From: the human T2T-CHM13v2.0 reference genome, Homo sapiens
Assembly: GCF_009914755.1 (NCBI RefSeq)
Contig: NC_060929.1
Direction: 5' to 3' (one strand)
DNA length: 64,000 nt
The notes beneath the pieces are model-generated. The model worked only from the letters and a program-made list of their open reading frames with translations, was not told the origin of the DNA and ran no database searches. Positions 41,357 through 56,945 of the stretch are shown here, in pieces (positions within the stretch are counted from its first letter, which is position 1; each line of letters opens with the position of its first letter). The translations under genes and the position numbers were made by a program.

Positions 41357-44239
41357 ATAACAATCAAACAAATTAATAAGAATTCAATATCATAGATATC
41401 TTTTTCTTTTAATAAGAATTAGATATTCTACATTTTAGCAAAAGGTATCAGTTGCTTATGATCATATGTGTGTGAAGGGACAAAGTGTCTTAGTGGCCCA
41501 CTGGAAGTAAGAATAGTTCCCTGAACTACAATAAATGCCATAATCAGTGTGGTTTCAATTGCAATATGATATTCCAAAAAGGACATTTCATAAAGTTTTA
41601 CAATTTTGTTTTGGTGAAAAATTTATTGCTTATCACCTTATCTCACAGATATACTTCTTTTCTGCATATTTACGACTGTGAATATAGAAAATGTATTTCA
41701 ACTGACAGTACGGTTGAATTAAAAATAGTTTACTCAGTGTCACAAAATAATGGAGGTTATCCAATTGAGAAACCTCAATAATTGATCAATGCGTTAATGG
41801 TACACATTAATGCTTTTTGTATTTCTTTATTATTGGGGGTAAAACTACAGAAACACACTGGCCATTAGAAAGTCAGAAGTCAACTGAGAAAAGCTCTCAG
41901 GTTTATATACATAATTCTTATGGCAAAAATAACTTTTGGAGGAGTTATTTGTTTCATTTGTTCACATTTACTGGTGTGCTCCTATTTAATCAATACAGTA
42001 AGATTGATTAATAGACATAAATGGAACTTTTGAAATGTAAGGCAGTTTTTCAATCTATCATAAAATATTTGTGGTAATCAGAGCCCCTGATGGAATATTA
42101 CTATTGTATTTTCAATTTTTTAAAAGATGACTAGACTTCTTCTCAAGATTGTGCAGTATGCTATTTGCAACACATTGAGGACACAGCCCTCTGAGAGATG
42201 TAATCCAAACCGACTGCTTCAGAAACATACTAGTAACTGATTTGAGTGTCATTGTCATTATCTAGGATAATTCTAGAGTACTTCCATATAGAAAAAAATG
42301 TTAAATAATGCAATATAGTGATTTTCATTCCATTCCTACTGAAGGTACCTCTTTCTTAAGAGAAAAAAAAAATGGATAACTGAAGTGCAAATCAGCCATA
42401 GGGAATATGTGGAGAGTATCAGCACTGCCTGTAGCTATTTAATGTTTTGTTCAAATATAGTTGTGGTGAGTAAAAGTACCTTTTAAAAACTCAGGAAAAA
42501 CAATGCATACGTATTCTCTGCTGTTAATATATCTATGAGCAAGAATAAATAACACGTGGTTACATAAGACTCATTTTCATGCTTTTACAGCCTTCCTAGA
42601 AAAAGAGGAAGACTACGTCGTCTTTATTTTCTATGTGTTCTCTTTCTTTCCTGTGTAATAGTTTTCACATTTTCCTTCATTGTTTTCACTGTATTTTTCT
42701 GCTATTGTTTGGCTTGCAAGCATCCTCTTTGCTGGGAAAAAAAAAAAAAAAAAAAAGGAAATGACAGCTTTTATTTACCGTAAAAGTGAAAGAATGTCCT
42801 TGGAAGTATTTGGGGCAGCTGGAGAAGAGTCTCAGAAGTACAAATGGGGACAATGTTGCTACCTAGGACACTGTGGCAATTGCCTCAAGCTTTAAATAAA
42901 CTTCGAGGCACATGAATTAATGGTCACTGAAGAATGAGTTTCTCATGAACATATATTCTGTGGTACGGATAAAATATTTTCCCTAGTTTTTGTATAGAAA
43001 GGGCTTTTTCGAACTGGGTATTTATTGCTCCCTTACCCCACTAAAAACACCTTCTATATTTCTATTTATTTATTCAATATTCTATGTTCTATGTATTTAT
43101 TCAATAAATAAATGTTGAATGAAGCATTCATTTAAGAATGGGACAAGGACAAATTCGACTTTGCATCTGAAGAATTACCTATTCAGAGAGATACCCAAAC
43201 ATCAAAACCAAGAGTTCATTTTGTGAGTTAAAAATGTGCATTCCGGAACAGTATAACTAAGTCAAAGCAGACAGATAAAGAACATAGTCTGATAATAATG
43301 TTGATAAAGGTGCTTCCTGGTTCTATTTTATGGTCAGTGTCATTACATATCTATAATGCAATCATGATGGATCCAAAAATGTTAAAACAATAATTACTCT
43401 CTATTGATAGGAAAAACTCTGTAAGTTCTACGGATAGGCTATATCCTTGCAATGAACATTTATGAAGTAGAAAAATGCAAACAAGTATGGATAATGTTAT
43501 GCTTGAATAATGGAATCTGGCATTACACAGCACACAATATATTCCTTAATTCCTTCTAAAACCATACATAAATAGAAACATATCTCCAGAGCTTGCACCC
43601 TTTCAGTGTTATCCATGCTCCCTCCTGATCCAATGTTACAGAATTTGGAAAACACTAATTGGGTGCAGATTTCACTGTAATTGATGATGTGCATATTAAA
43701 TAATAGCAGGCTGATAAATTAAGTATTTGAGGAAATGACTAGCATGACATTGCAGAAGCCAATAAAATGGGTCAGGGATGAACGTCTCCATTTTTTTCTC
43801 TGTCACTGCCTTTTACAAATTCTCATTGTTGGGGCCACCATCAGATGAAGACAGAATTTAGTTTTGGTTTCCAGACCGAGTAAACAGAACCAGTGACAAT
43901 TATTAGCGTCCTCATGACTGCAATAATTATCTTTGCCAACTAGATTAAAATTTGATATTTGGGAGTATTTTATATGTACCCATGTAAACTGGGGCATAGT
44001 ACAAGACTCATGTTTATGTCGCATTTGCTTCTTCATTTTGCCATCTAATTATTCTGTGAAAATCCAAGGCGGCAGGACTTATTTTTTGTGTGGTTCTCTC
44101 CTGTACTCCTATTGGTCAGAGCAGTAGCAGATGACGATGTACAGGCTCTGGTTTTACCCATTGTGCCATCTTCAGCTGCAGGAGTCAAGCACCAGGAGCA
44201 TCTACATATTCTGTTGTCTCTGGTGAGTGTGGCCACCTC

Positions 44240-44750
44240 CCCAACAAGTAGACATCCACTCTCAACTATGCTTTCTTCTCAACTTGCCCACATTACCCAC
44301 AATCCATGATAATACTGTTCTCGCCTGTTTCTCCAAACTCCTTTCTCACTGATTTCTCTTGATCAAGTATCATCTGGCACAATAGCCTCCATTCATTTTT
44401 ACCAAAACACCAAGCTCATTTCTGCATCAGAATTTTTGCACTTGCTGTTCCTTTTGCATGGAAATCTCTTCTGCTCACTTTTCACATATTTCAAATATTT
44501 TATATTTCTGTTCGCATTTTTCAGTTCTCAAATATCACCTCGTTGACACTAAAAACTGACCTTCAAAGACATTCTTGATCAGTTTATCTTGTTTATTTTA
44601 TTCACGTTATCACAATGTGATTTTTATAGTATTTAACTGTTAATCATCTGTCACTGAAATACATTCTACATGAGTACAGGAAACTAGTTTTGATTGTTCC
44701 CTTGGGAGCCACACTGCACAGAACAGTGCTTAGTATATTGTAGGTATGGA
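44240..44750 (+). mobile_element. L2 3' fragment
   Basis: caccaagctcatt...ttgcacttgctgttcc...ctcaaatatcacctc...agaacagtgcttag. Confidence 0.65.
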
Positions 44751-46312
44751 AAAAACGGAACAAAACAGATAATATGTGAATGACTTCAATTCTTTCTAAG
44801 ACTATGGAGCTTCCCTATAAACTCCTACATCTTTCATGGATGGTTTTTGCTCTCTGAAGCCTGAAGTGTTGGTGAATATAATTCCCAAATAATACCAACA
44901 GAGCTCTCTAACCTTCACTTAATTTCCAGGTACCATAGGATTCTTACTGCCATGCCTACTTATTAGACTGGCCCTCTTCATAGAAATTAAATCATATATG
45001 CAATTCAACAAAGTGACCAAAGCTGAGCACAGCATATATTTTGGAAATTCTGCCTTGAGGCATGAGGAGGTCCTTACTGTGATCAACCTTAGTAGGTGTT
45101 CATTTCCCAGATCCCTTGGCAATTAGAAGTTGTGAGCCTGACCATAGTGTTTTAGTGTTTTTCATTTATCCCTTCTCATTGCCAAGGTGTTAGCATGTCT
45201 TGTGTTTTAATTACCCCAAATCATATAAATTATAGCCATATTCTTTTTATGGAATGTTGACTGTAATTATTTTGTTTATGTTCTTTAAAAAAAGTATATA
45301 TTTCATTGCATTACATAAATTTAGTTCTTTCAGAAAGTTAAAAAAAAAAAGAAAGAGGAAGGTGTATGCAAAATAATTTTTAGGAAGAGGTATCTAGCCT
45401 TGGCAAACAAAGTAAACTTCCATTTTCTCATTTTTCTGTTGCAAAGACAAAGTAATATTTAAATGTTCATTAATTAAGGAACTAAGTGAATAACTTCTGC
45501 ATTTCCCAAGGCTCACAAGAACCAGAAATTTGTTTTTTCCGCAACGAATTTGGATTATGGTTAACACTGTAATTTTTAAAGAATTTTTACATTGTAGGAA
45601 AGAACACTGAATATAGATTCTACACTTGGGGGTCGGATTTAGGTTAAAAGGTAAAAAAAGGAATGAAGGCATAAAATATATAGAAAAATGAATGGTAGAA
45701 ATAAATGGCAGCATTGATAAATGTGAATAAAGCTCATACAAAGAAAAGGCTATTAGTAGATTGCAATTTTTTTTTTCAAAATCTGCACATACCTCATACT
45801 TTCTATATTTAAAAAAAGAATTCTACAATCAATTGTTCTTGTTCTGTGAGTACTTGGACATGAGGCAAAATAAAACTTATTCTCCAGAATAAACATTCTC
45901 AGGCACTCAGATGCTTTCATTGATTCCAGATAAGTAGGAGTATCAAATTCATATTTCTATTAGACCACTGGACTAAGGCCAAAGTCTTGTGTTTATCAAT
46001 TTGTATGTCAGCTAAGTTCACTCTGTGGCATGACCATAAATTATACTGGTCCTCAGAGTGCATATACTATTTTTCCTCTAGCAGTTATCTTATCAATATA
46101 TCTTTTTTAAAAAAATTCAAGGACATTTAAGCGAGAAGTAATTTTAGAAAAGCACAAATCTCTCATTGTTATAATTCCATTGAATTTAACACCTCATCTT
46201 TTGAAAACACATATTCCTTCAGTCAAAAATCTTTGCATCAGTTATTACGAAAGGGAATGGTCAATCCAGCCCCTTGCAGGTGCATCAAGCTGTATTCAAA
46301 ATGAGTATATAT

Positions 46313-46552
46313 CAGAGTTTATCAAGAGTGGCACTCTTGAGACTTTGGACTAGACAATTCTTTGTTAGGGAGGTGAATCTTGTGCATTGTAGGATGGTTA
46401 GCAGCATCCCCAGCCTCTACCTACACCATGCCAGTAGCAATGCACCCCTCCTGCTTTTGCCCCGATCACGGCAGACAAAAAAATGTCTCCAGATACTGCC
46501 AAATACTATCTGGAGGGAAGGGAGAAAAATTACCCCAAATGGAGAACCACGA
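46313..46552 (+). mobile_element. MER20 hAT-Charlie element
   Basis: ggcactcttgagactttggactagacaattctttgt...gtgcattgtaggatg..tagcagcatccc...aaaatgtctccaga...gagaaccac. Confidence 0.85.
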
Positions 46553-47977
46553 AATTGTAATATTACCTAGAATATTTGTATTGAGATCAATAAGATAAGA
46601 ACCAAAAGCAAACTTTAAACAAAATGTAGAAGTAGGACCTGGCTGAAGTCTGGAGTAGGCATTAAGCATACTGATCATTAGTAAAATTTGCTGATAAAAT
46701 TAGTTGACTATTTGAAAAAGAATTGGCTCCTCATAGCCTATGCATGCCAATATAAATTCTAAATGACTTTAAGAGCAAATGTAAAAGTAATACTATTTTT
46801 TAAAAAGCTCTAAGAAAATACCATTTAATATTTATTAGATCTTAGGATAAAAACAGAACAAAAGAATAAAGAAATATCTGACCACAAATTAATGGAAGAT
46901 GTAACAAAGGAATAATCAAACAGCTGCTTCTAACTCTTCATTTGTTCCTCTTTAGGATTACATATCCATGCTCCTTTGCTATGTGCCTCCCAGAGGCCTC
47001 CCTGCAGAAGAGATGATACCCACCTCCCCGCCTGATGCACTTGGATCACTTTGTCATTATCAATATAACCGTAAACCCAATTGGTCATCTTGTGAAGGGG
47101 TTGTTTACAAAGCCATACGGTTTTAGAATTGTAAGGAATCTTAGCAATCAGTCTGTTCCCCACCCTCTATTTTACATATCAGTGTCAAAAATGTTATGTG
47201 ATTTTATCTGTATCATGTGCAATGGCTAAAAGGGTAGTTAACACTCCTCAATTCAAGAGTGTCCAATTTCAATGTGTGTTTGGTTAGGGGTTCATTTTTT
47301 GGTTTTCAGAATTTTTTCACTGTTAAATGTGAAATATGAGGTAGTTCATCATCTGTTCAGAAATCCACTCAAAGAATGGACCATTATTATTAGCATAATT
47401 ATGGATAAAACTGATGTAAAATCATTTAACATGGATTTGATTGCAAAATTTCTGAGTCTCTGGAAACTGCACTCTCATGAATATGACTGAAGGATAACTT
47501 GTTACGAAGCAAAAGTTGAAATCATTTGAAGAGACAACGCTGTTGCAGAGTAAATCATGTAAAGGTGATTGCTGAGTGTTTCATTGCCATTTGTTTTTTA
47601 AATCCTTTCAATTAACAAGATGTTTACTTAATAATTTAAATATTACTCTTAAAACTCATGTGATTATTCTACAGCCTTGCACAAATATTAAGTGGATAAG
47701 CATGAAGCCTTTTTCTTTTCTGTACTTTCTATTTTTGTTAAAGTTCTACATGTGTATCAGCTATTCCTTTTAAACGCTGGCTCCTTAATTTTATCTGACA
47801 TAGAGATTTCAAACAAGTACTGGTTCTAGCCAACTGATTAAGCGAATAGTCCAGTAACTGGCGCTGGTCACTTTAAAGAATCATAAAGAGGAAAAAGTTA
47901 TATTGTGTAATTATCTAAATAATGCTTAAACTCTCCACAACAGTGTAATCAAATGTTTATACATAATCATGAAACTC

Positions 47978-48031
47978 CTTTGTTTAATTTGACTTCCTGG
48001 TCTTTGTTTAATTTGACTTCCTGGTCTTTGT
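47978..48031 (+). repeat. Perfect 24-bp tandem duplication
   Basis: ctttgtttaatttgacttcctggt x2, followed by ctttgt. Confidence 0.95.
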
Positions 48032-48259
48032 AGAGCTTATTTTATACTGGTATTAAATGACATATTAAGAAGCACCTAGAGGCATTGTATATTATTTAAT
48101 TTTGAATTTTTTACAAACTGCAAAGGCATCTATGTCAAACATCTGATTTTAATAATTATTTTAATTGTTTTAATGTGTTCTATAGTATCATTGAGTCATA
48201 TACTAAAGTAGTCAATCATAAAACAGCCATGACACTCCTTTCTTCTCTCCTATTTCTCT

Positions 48260-49210
<951 letters not shown>

Positions 49211-50509
49211 AGTCACCATTGAGGTTTGTTCACAAAAAGAAATACCTTGTAGCAGTAAAATAAATGATATATATTTACACACATCAGAATAAATACTTCT
49301 GCAAAAATCTACCTTAAATTATCTCTTTTTTAGTTCTACCTTACTAACTTCAGCTCATAAAGCTCTTATCTCCTCACACGTTAATAGGCATAATATTTTT
49401 TATTAAACACATCAATAGTTTTTCTAAAGTCAACAACTTGTTTTCTGACGTCCTTTTGTGAGCTCAAAATGCAGTCATTATTTACATCTATTATAGTTTG
49501 ACAAAACAATATACATTAAAAGAAGATTGCACATCTTTCTAAGATGTACATAAGCTCCCTCAATAATTACATCTCCAAATTGGTTGAGAAAAAAAATTAT
49601 TAAAAAGCAGTTATTCATTTTTGTCTAAAATGAATCAGCCTTAATGATTAGTAAATTAAGATAAGACCTTGAATAATATATATAAAATGTGATTGCATCC
49701 TTTTTCTCTTCAAAATCTGGTTATTGAATAAAGAGAGATCTCTGAAAGTGAAAACAGACCTAAGCTCTGTGTCTGATTTAAAATCATACAAGTTAAACTA
49801 TTTTTCCATATATATACTAAGGACAGTACATATACTTGTTAAAGTTGTACTTTTCTGGCCTTTATATATTGTTTAGAATTGCTTTGGGAAATCAACTTTG
49901 AATATGCCAGTTGTATACTACCACACTTATAGGGCAGAACAGGTTTTTTTTTCATCCTCTTCTCATTGCCCCTGTTTTGTTAAGCGGTGCCCATACCAGT
50001 CTGTATTCATATTAGACATAAAGAATGTTGACAGAAGAGGCACAAACAAAATAAACAAATCCCATAAAGCAGCAATCAATTTAGCTGACTGACTAGCTCT
50101 GGACAGCTTGTTTCAACTTTTGAAGGTTTATGGAAAACTCTTTTTAGTTCCATCTTATCGTCAAGGTCTAACTGCCAGCATAATATACAAGACACTTGGA
50201 CCTATCAGCATTTGACTTAATATTTTGAGATTGAAACTGGGATATATCTGCCAGCATGCAGCAAATATTGGTAGGCCTGATGCAGTTTAATTCAGGAGGG
50301 AGCCTCCATCGGCTGTCTCCTCAAGGACATCAGAACTGCCAGGTCATGAGAGCCCTTAGTGTGCCTCTAAGAGCGCTCACTCTGCCTCTCACCTACAGTG
50401 CCAATGAGTGTCAGAGAAGCAGTGTGCACAAGGAGTCCCAAAGAAGAAACTGAGTCTCCCTGAGATCTCTGGGACTGGCTGCCATCTAGAAACCCCACAG
50501 AATCCCCAT

Positions 50510-51450
50510 ATCCATTTATTTATTCATGCATTTGACCAAGGCATATCTACTAAGAGGACACAGAGCTAAACAAATCAAACAACCTTCTCAGCCATAAAAA
50601 GCTCGCTTCCATTTTAGTGGAAAGATTCAGACAAGTACAATAAATAAGTAACACAGCAGAAACAAAACCAGCAAACTCACTGTCAGCAAGAAGCTTGATT
50701 TCACTGAGAGGATATCAACAATAACCACATGGAAAAAGTAAAATACAGAGTATATTGCATGTAATAAATGTTCAGAAAACACCAAAACAGGAAAATGGCA
50801 TAGGCAATGTGGAGAGATTTCTATTTTAAATTGGAAAGTCTGGGGAAGCCTTCCTGAAAGAGTCATTTTGACTAAAGAACTGAAGGAAAAAAGAGAAAGC
50901 CTAGTTGATCTCTCTCTCTCTTTCTCATCTATATAGATAGATGGACATATTTATGTGTGTGTGCATGCACACATATATAATCCATTTATATGCACACATA
51001 TAATTCATTTATATGCATTATATACATGATATACGTGTGTATACACACACACACAGATATAAACATCTTTCATGCATAAGGGACAGCAACAAATAAAGGC
51101 CCCACCCAAGGTAGAGACATGACGGAATGTTATATGACCAGCCTAAAACTAGTATGACTGGAGTGCTGTGAGTCCTGAGAGAACGAAAGAAGATGAGGTC
51201 AGAGAGGAAATGCAGATCCAAGTGCATTGGCTTCTTGCCAGCTCTTGCAACGTCTTTGGCTTTTACACCAAGAGAGACATTTGCACAGAAGACTAACACG
51301 ATCTCATTTACTTGGGTTGAGAGAGATTGAGGTGCAGCAAGCACAGAAACAAGCAGACCTGCTTGAAGGCTACTCAATTCAGTTAGAACGAAGACTTCAG
51401 AAAATGTCAGCACAAACTCAAACTCACAAGTCACAGCTGACCTTTGACAA
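50510..51450 (-). mobile_element. L2 fragment (antisense) with an embedded CT/TG/AT low-complexity tract
   Basis: catttatttattcatgcatt start; tggggaagccttcctgaaagagtcattttgac; gggacagcaac...aaaggccc; gatgaggtcagagag. Confidence 0.65.
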
Positions 51451-54400
51451 AACATATTAATTTGATGTGCGAATGATTGTTGACAAAATTTTTCAGCTTC
51501 TAAATGTTATGGGAAAGAGTATGCATGATAAATCAAGAATATATCTGATCGCAATTTGGCTGTGAGAATTGGCAAGGAGGGAGAAGAAAGGGCCTGAGGG
51601 AAGAAGGGACATTTTCCTGGCTAGCCACAGCAAATTCATTAGCTCTGTTGATATTGAAGGATCAGTTTTAGCAGGCTGCAGAATTTGGAATGCATTAGCA
51701 TGGATGAAAATTTGTAGATCAGATTACCTTATTCAGATCACTCTAGTGTTCTGATTAGAGAATGGATTACCATTCTAAAGCCCAGCCAGTTTTGACAGTG
51801 ATAATCATGAGGCAGTTAAAATCTGCTAATATAAACTTTTGAATACAGACTCTAACTCCTCTTCAGGTCCCCAGGACTTAACAAAATCCTAGGACAGATG
51901 CGGTATTTATTGGTGGTGGTAGCAGGGAGGCTCTCAATATTCAAGAGACAGCAGGCATTACTTCATGTATTTTAATCACAAAGAAATAAAAGTATAGGTA
52001 GTTAGGGGAAACAACCCTCTAATGTCAGGTTTATATTTTACTCTCATATTTTTAAAAATAAAATCTTCACTTAGTATCATTCCGTTTTGTAAATTTTTAA
52101 AAAGTTAGAAATTATTTAATTTAATCCTTTTATTTTCAAGAGGATTCTGAGACCACATAACGTGATGTGACTCGCATATTTGACCTCAGTGGTAGCACTT
52201 TCTAGGGCACATAAAACTGTGAGACAGCTTCAAAAAGTGTTGTTCTTATAATGCCAATTGTAGGGAAAAGGGAGAAAATGCTATGCCTCCGCCAGAAATG
52301 AGAATTATTTCACATTTCCTTTGTGTCATGCAGGAAGAAGATATGACTGGGAACTAGAGCTACTGGATCAGAGCAGCCTCACAGCACTCATTCTGCAGCC
52401 AGTTCCAAGCCAGCAGTCCTGCAGATGCAGGGAAGCTACTCAGGCACGCTCCTGGTGGGGGTACTAGTTTTATGTAACAGTCTTGAACAGCTGGAGAGCA
52501 CAATGCTAACGACCACTTGAGCAGGAAAGTGTCTGATGATTGCATATAAAATATGACATGCAATGAGGAAAAAGGGTAATAACAATATATCACTGAACAA
52601 ATGTACAGCGCCAGGCCAAAATGTGTAAACCGCATAACAAATTTTAAAAGAGAACTGTCATTGTAATGTGCATTCTTAAAGTGGACTATTTCTTTCAAAT
52701 CAGAAATAATTTAAACAATCAGAGAAATTCTCTCTTTTCAATCACCTCAAACATATGTAATTGGAAAATGATGCAATATTAGCAATAGAGAAATAAGAAC
52801 ATCCCCAAAAGAGATATTTTCAGGTCCAGCAGGAGTTTTTCAAATGGCATTTAAGCATCATGTGAACAAAAATATTTATGAATTGAAGCAACACAGAGGT
52901 CTGAATATCTCTTACCTTGCAGAAAAGGAATGCTATCAGAAACAAAGCAAGTAGAAGGCAGTGCTGAATTCCAAATGCAATTGCAGGGTGAGCTGTTTTT
53001 AAATAACAGCATATGTGTTTTTAGGGATTTGCCTCGCAGCATGTGTCTCTTTTTTTCACATAACTGTCAACTATACCAGTGATGAAAATGAAAAATGTAT
53101 CACTCAAAACTTTTTTTTGTTTTCTGAACTGTACCTTATCTAGTGAGAAATGAAAGTTCTCTCTCTCTTTTTTCCCTAAGAAATACATTCCTGTAACATT
53201 TCTATACTATCAGAGCATAACAGCAGGTTGAAGGAAACACAGGACATAGCCAGATACCCACACAGCAACTGTTTTTTGCTTGTTTTGTTTTTTGAGAGCT
53301 CAGTACGTACTCTGAGGTCTAGTAGAGAAAAAGACTCTGTCATCAAGGAGCGGTGTCCTGTGGTGAGAAGAAACAACTTATAAACCAATAACACTCCTCT
53401 TCTCTGCACTGTTTCCTCCATAGCACTTATTACAAATAAGCCATATGAAATGTTTTTGTTATTCACATTGTATTGTCTGATGCCACCCTTGAAAGTAAAC
53501 TCTATGAGGTCATAGATTTTCATCTATTTTATATATGGATTTTTCCTCACTGCCTCAAACAATATTTAAATAAATCAGATAATAATTATCAAATATTCCT
53601 GTTAATTCTACAAATTATGGGTAAACAACATGTACTAAGAGATAGGAAAATTTAATTCCCTCTGAGACATGTAAAGAGACTAATGATGAGGTGACACACT
53701 GGGTATGGTGATCTCTAGGTCCTAGAAAGTTTCCGTGTCAGAATATGAAATTGCATGGCTAAAGTCTAAATGACTTCATTTTGTTTCTTGTCTCATTAAC
53801 CACCCCTAAAGTATTTCTTAAAGTAATTTTGTAGTTTCATTTCTGAGATTCCAGGTTCAGAATGGAATTTAGAACCAATTCTTCTAAGTGCCAATGTTTG
53901 ATGAAAGCAAACTAAAATCAAGAGGTAGTAAGGCATATGTTGAAGGTCCCTTGATTGGTGAAAAAGGCAAGTCTGGAATCCATATGCTGAAATGCTCATC
54001 CTTTCTATCATTAGCTTCTATCAACCATGTGCCTGCATGTTCTCACACAAAGAACTGTATTACCTCAAAGAAATACAATAGAGCTGGAAAATGCTAACAG
54101 GAAGACAACTAAACTATCATTAAAGAAAAGAAGCAGCTTTGTAAAGGGAGACCCTAAAGATTAGCATCTTCAATCTGGAAACTCTGACATCTATTAAATC
54201 ATGAAGAAGGTGAAGAGTGTAGAAGCCAAGCTATCCACAAACTTCAATTATACTAGGTCTTAGGGCACCCTTTGAAGTTTAAAAGAGATAAATATAGGAA
54301 AATAATGGGAAGTGCCATACTACTTTATTTATTAGGTAGAGTGCTCATGGAAGTAACACAGGCTGAAAATATAATAGGTTCATAAAAGGTTTAGATAAAA

Positions 54401-54764
54401 AACATGCAATAAATCAATTCCAGACTATTAAAGGGAATTGGCCCAATATACTGTTACTACCACTTTTATCTTTGTCAAAGGACAGAACTCTCCTGCTCTT
54501 TAGTTATATTGGAAGTGCCTGAGTTTGAACATTGTTGCACTGATATTAAAAAGCCAGATGTCTTAGTAATATGAACTAAATAGCAAGAGTAGATGTGGAG
54601 CAATACTCTACACATAAGGCCAAGGTGAAATTTCCAAATGACCATTATAGCAATGTGATTAGATATAATAAACTCTCTCTGAACACACATTTTTCTCAAG
54701 TGTGTGTATTACGTCTTTAAATTTAGATGCGAGATCTGACTGAGATCAATCTATTTATCTATCT

Positions 54765-54860
54765 GTATATATATATATATTCATATATATTCATATATAT
54801 GAATATATATGTGTATATATATATTCACAAATATGAATATATATGTGTATATATATATTC
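54765..54860. repeat. (TA)-rich low-complexity tract with internal palindrome
   Basis: atatatattcatatatatgaatatatat. Confidence 0.85.
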
Positions 54861-55837
54861 ACAATTCACAAACATGAAAATGTACCAAAGGCTATTTCCC
54901 TTCTAGGTGTACAGTTTAGATTTTGGTACATGGTTTTAGGTTTTGGTACATGGCATCATTTTGAAGCATCTTAGGCTCTTGGTATCAGGGATTTATAAAG
55001 TTCTCCTACATCACAAAATTCATTACATTTTTAAGTATTAATCTTTGTTGCAGAATAAAATACTTTCATTATATATTACTCTCATATAGTAATCATGATC
55101 TGAAAAAATTTTACTATCCTTTAAGAGAGAATTTATTTATCTTGGGCTCTTACATTGAATCATGTTCTCTTATCATGATTCCTACTGCTACATTAATATG
55201 AATTAATTGTAGAATAATGTTGCTGGAACACATGTAAATTAAGCCTAAAAGCTTATCATATAAACATTTGTGCTTATAATGCTTACAAAGTCAACGCAAA
55301 AAATAAAAATAACTGCAAACACAAATCACAAAACCAATGGCCATTCAAATTCATGTTAATTTCATGGATCAGATTCTTTTGGTTCCCAAAACAATGTGGT
55401 TGACGACTATGTGAATAGGCACTGGGAGCTAACAGAGAGAGTTTTAGACATTGGTAGGCTTGAAGTAAACTCTTGATTCATTTTTTCTCTATATGGGAAA
55501 ATTTTTACATAATTCTCATAATTCACCATTACATAATTTGAAGCTTATTTGGCAAAAACTGATAAAATATATAGTATGTCTTTATCTGTTCCTTTTTCAG
55601 AGGCCTCAAGGAGGCATGAAAGGGACAATAATCACGATGGAAAAGCAGGTCCTAAAACATGAAAGTAATTTGATAGAAGAGTTACCCACGTTAAGCATAA
55701 TTATATTAAACACATTCATAGTATCACATGAAAGTTTTCCAAAGTCATACAACTTGAATCAGGTTTGAGAAACACTATTTTATATCATAACTTTGATGTA
55801 GATTTCTAATAGTAAATTTTTATTAAAAAATATAATC

Positions 55838-55990
55838 TAGCTGGCTGTACTGGCATACACCTGTAATCCCAGCTACTCGGGAGACTGAGGCATGAATCAC
55901 TTAAATCTGGGAAGCAGAGGGTGCAGTGAGCGGAGAACATGCCACTGCACTCCAGCCTGGGCAACAGAGCAAGACTCTGTCTCAAAAACC
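55838..55990 (+). mobile_element. Alu right-arm fragment
   Basis: cctgtaatcccagctactcgggag...gcactccagcctgggcaacagagcaagactctgtctcaaaa. Confidence 0.88.
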
Positions 55991-56027
<37 letters not shown>

Positions 56028-56122
56028 ATAAGTACATATATATAAGTGTATATATATATAAGTGTATATATATGTGTATATATAAGTGTATATATATGTG
56101 TATATATAAGTGTATATATATA
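55991..56122 (+). repeat. (TA)n(TG)n compound microsatellite grown from the Alu tail
   Basis: tatatata...tgtgtgtg...(gtgtatatatat/aa)n. Confidence 0.9.
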
Positions 56123-56719
56123 ATTTTATTGAAAAATTAATCCATACTCATAAAAACAATTTCTAAAAAATTAAGTACAGTGAAAAACAATCCTCTAGAT
56201 GCAGACATGCAAATCCCTTACCCTTCTACCCAGAAGCAACCATTGCGACCATTTTCCTGTATATAATTAAAAATATTCTATGCACATTAAGTAATATCAC
56301 CATATGCTTTATTTGCCCTACCAGTAACATTTTAAAAAGTAAACTATTATATAATGCTAAAAGGATGACATGAAGTTCACTGAGGAATTTATGGCTACTT
56401 TTAAGTTAGTTTTAGTGACATTTTCTTACACATAATACTAATCTTCTCACTACTGTGAATACATTTCGACAACTCGATTTTACATATTAATAAAATAAAA
56501 CAGTGTTTAAAATATGACATATTTGGTGTACTCTTAAATGCTTAAATCCTACTTAATTTTAGGGCAATTTTCTCTCATTGAAAAGGAAAAAAATAAGTCA
56601 CCAATAAATAGAAATTTTATAAAAAGAAAAATATAGAGTGAAATAATAGATCACATATTTTTTCCTCTCAGGAATACATGCATGTATATTTAAACATGCA
56701 ATAGCGGTTACGAATGGAG

Positions 56720-56945
56720 GAGCAGGGACCATATTATAAGAGTTTCATTCTGGCTCTCTTGTTTACTAGCTTTGTGATTTGTGAAAGTCATCTAAACTTC
56801 TTTGAGCCTCAGGTCCCTCGTTTGTAAAATGGAGATGATAATATCACCTGCCTCCTTTAACATGAGGATGAAAGGGAATACTAGAGGCAAATCACTCTGT
56901 ACATTGTCTAGTATGTAGAAAGTGCTCAATAAATAATAGCTATCC
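56720..56945 (+). mobile_element. MIR
   Basis: tttactagctttgtga...tttgagcctcagg..cctcgtttgtaaaatggagatgataata...gtgctcaataaata. Confidence 0.8.

Noticed and set aside
51018-51455. Longest ORF in the track (145 aa)
   Set aside because: Lies within an L2 remnant and simple repeat, with no domain resemblance or splice support.
52445-52460. Weak CTCF-like CCACCAGGAGCG on the minus strand
   Set aside because: Lacks the GGC core positions.
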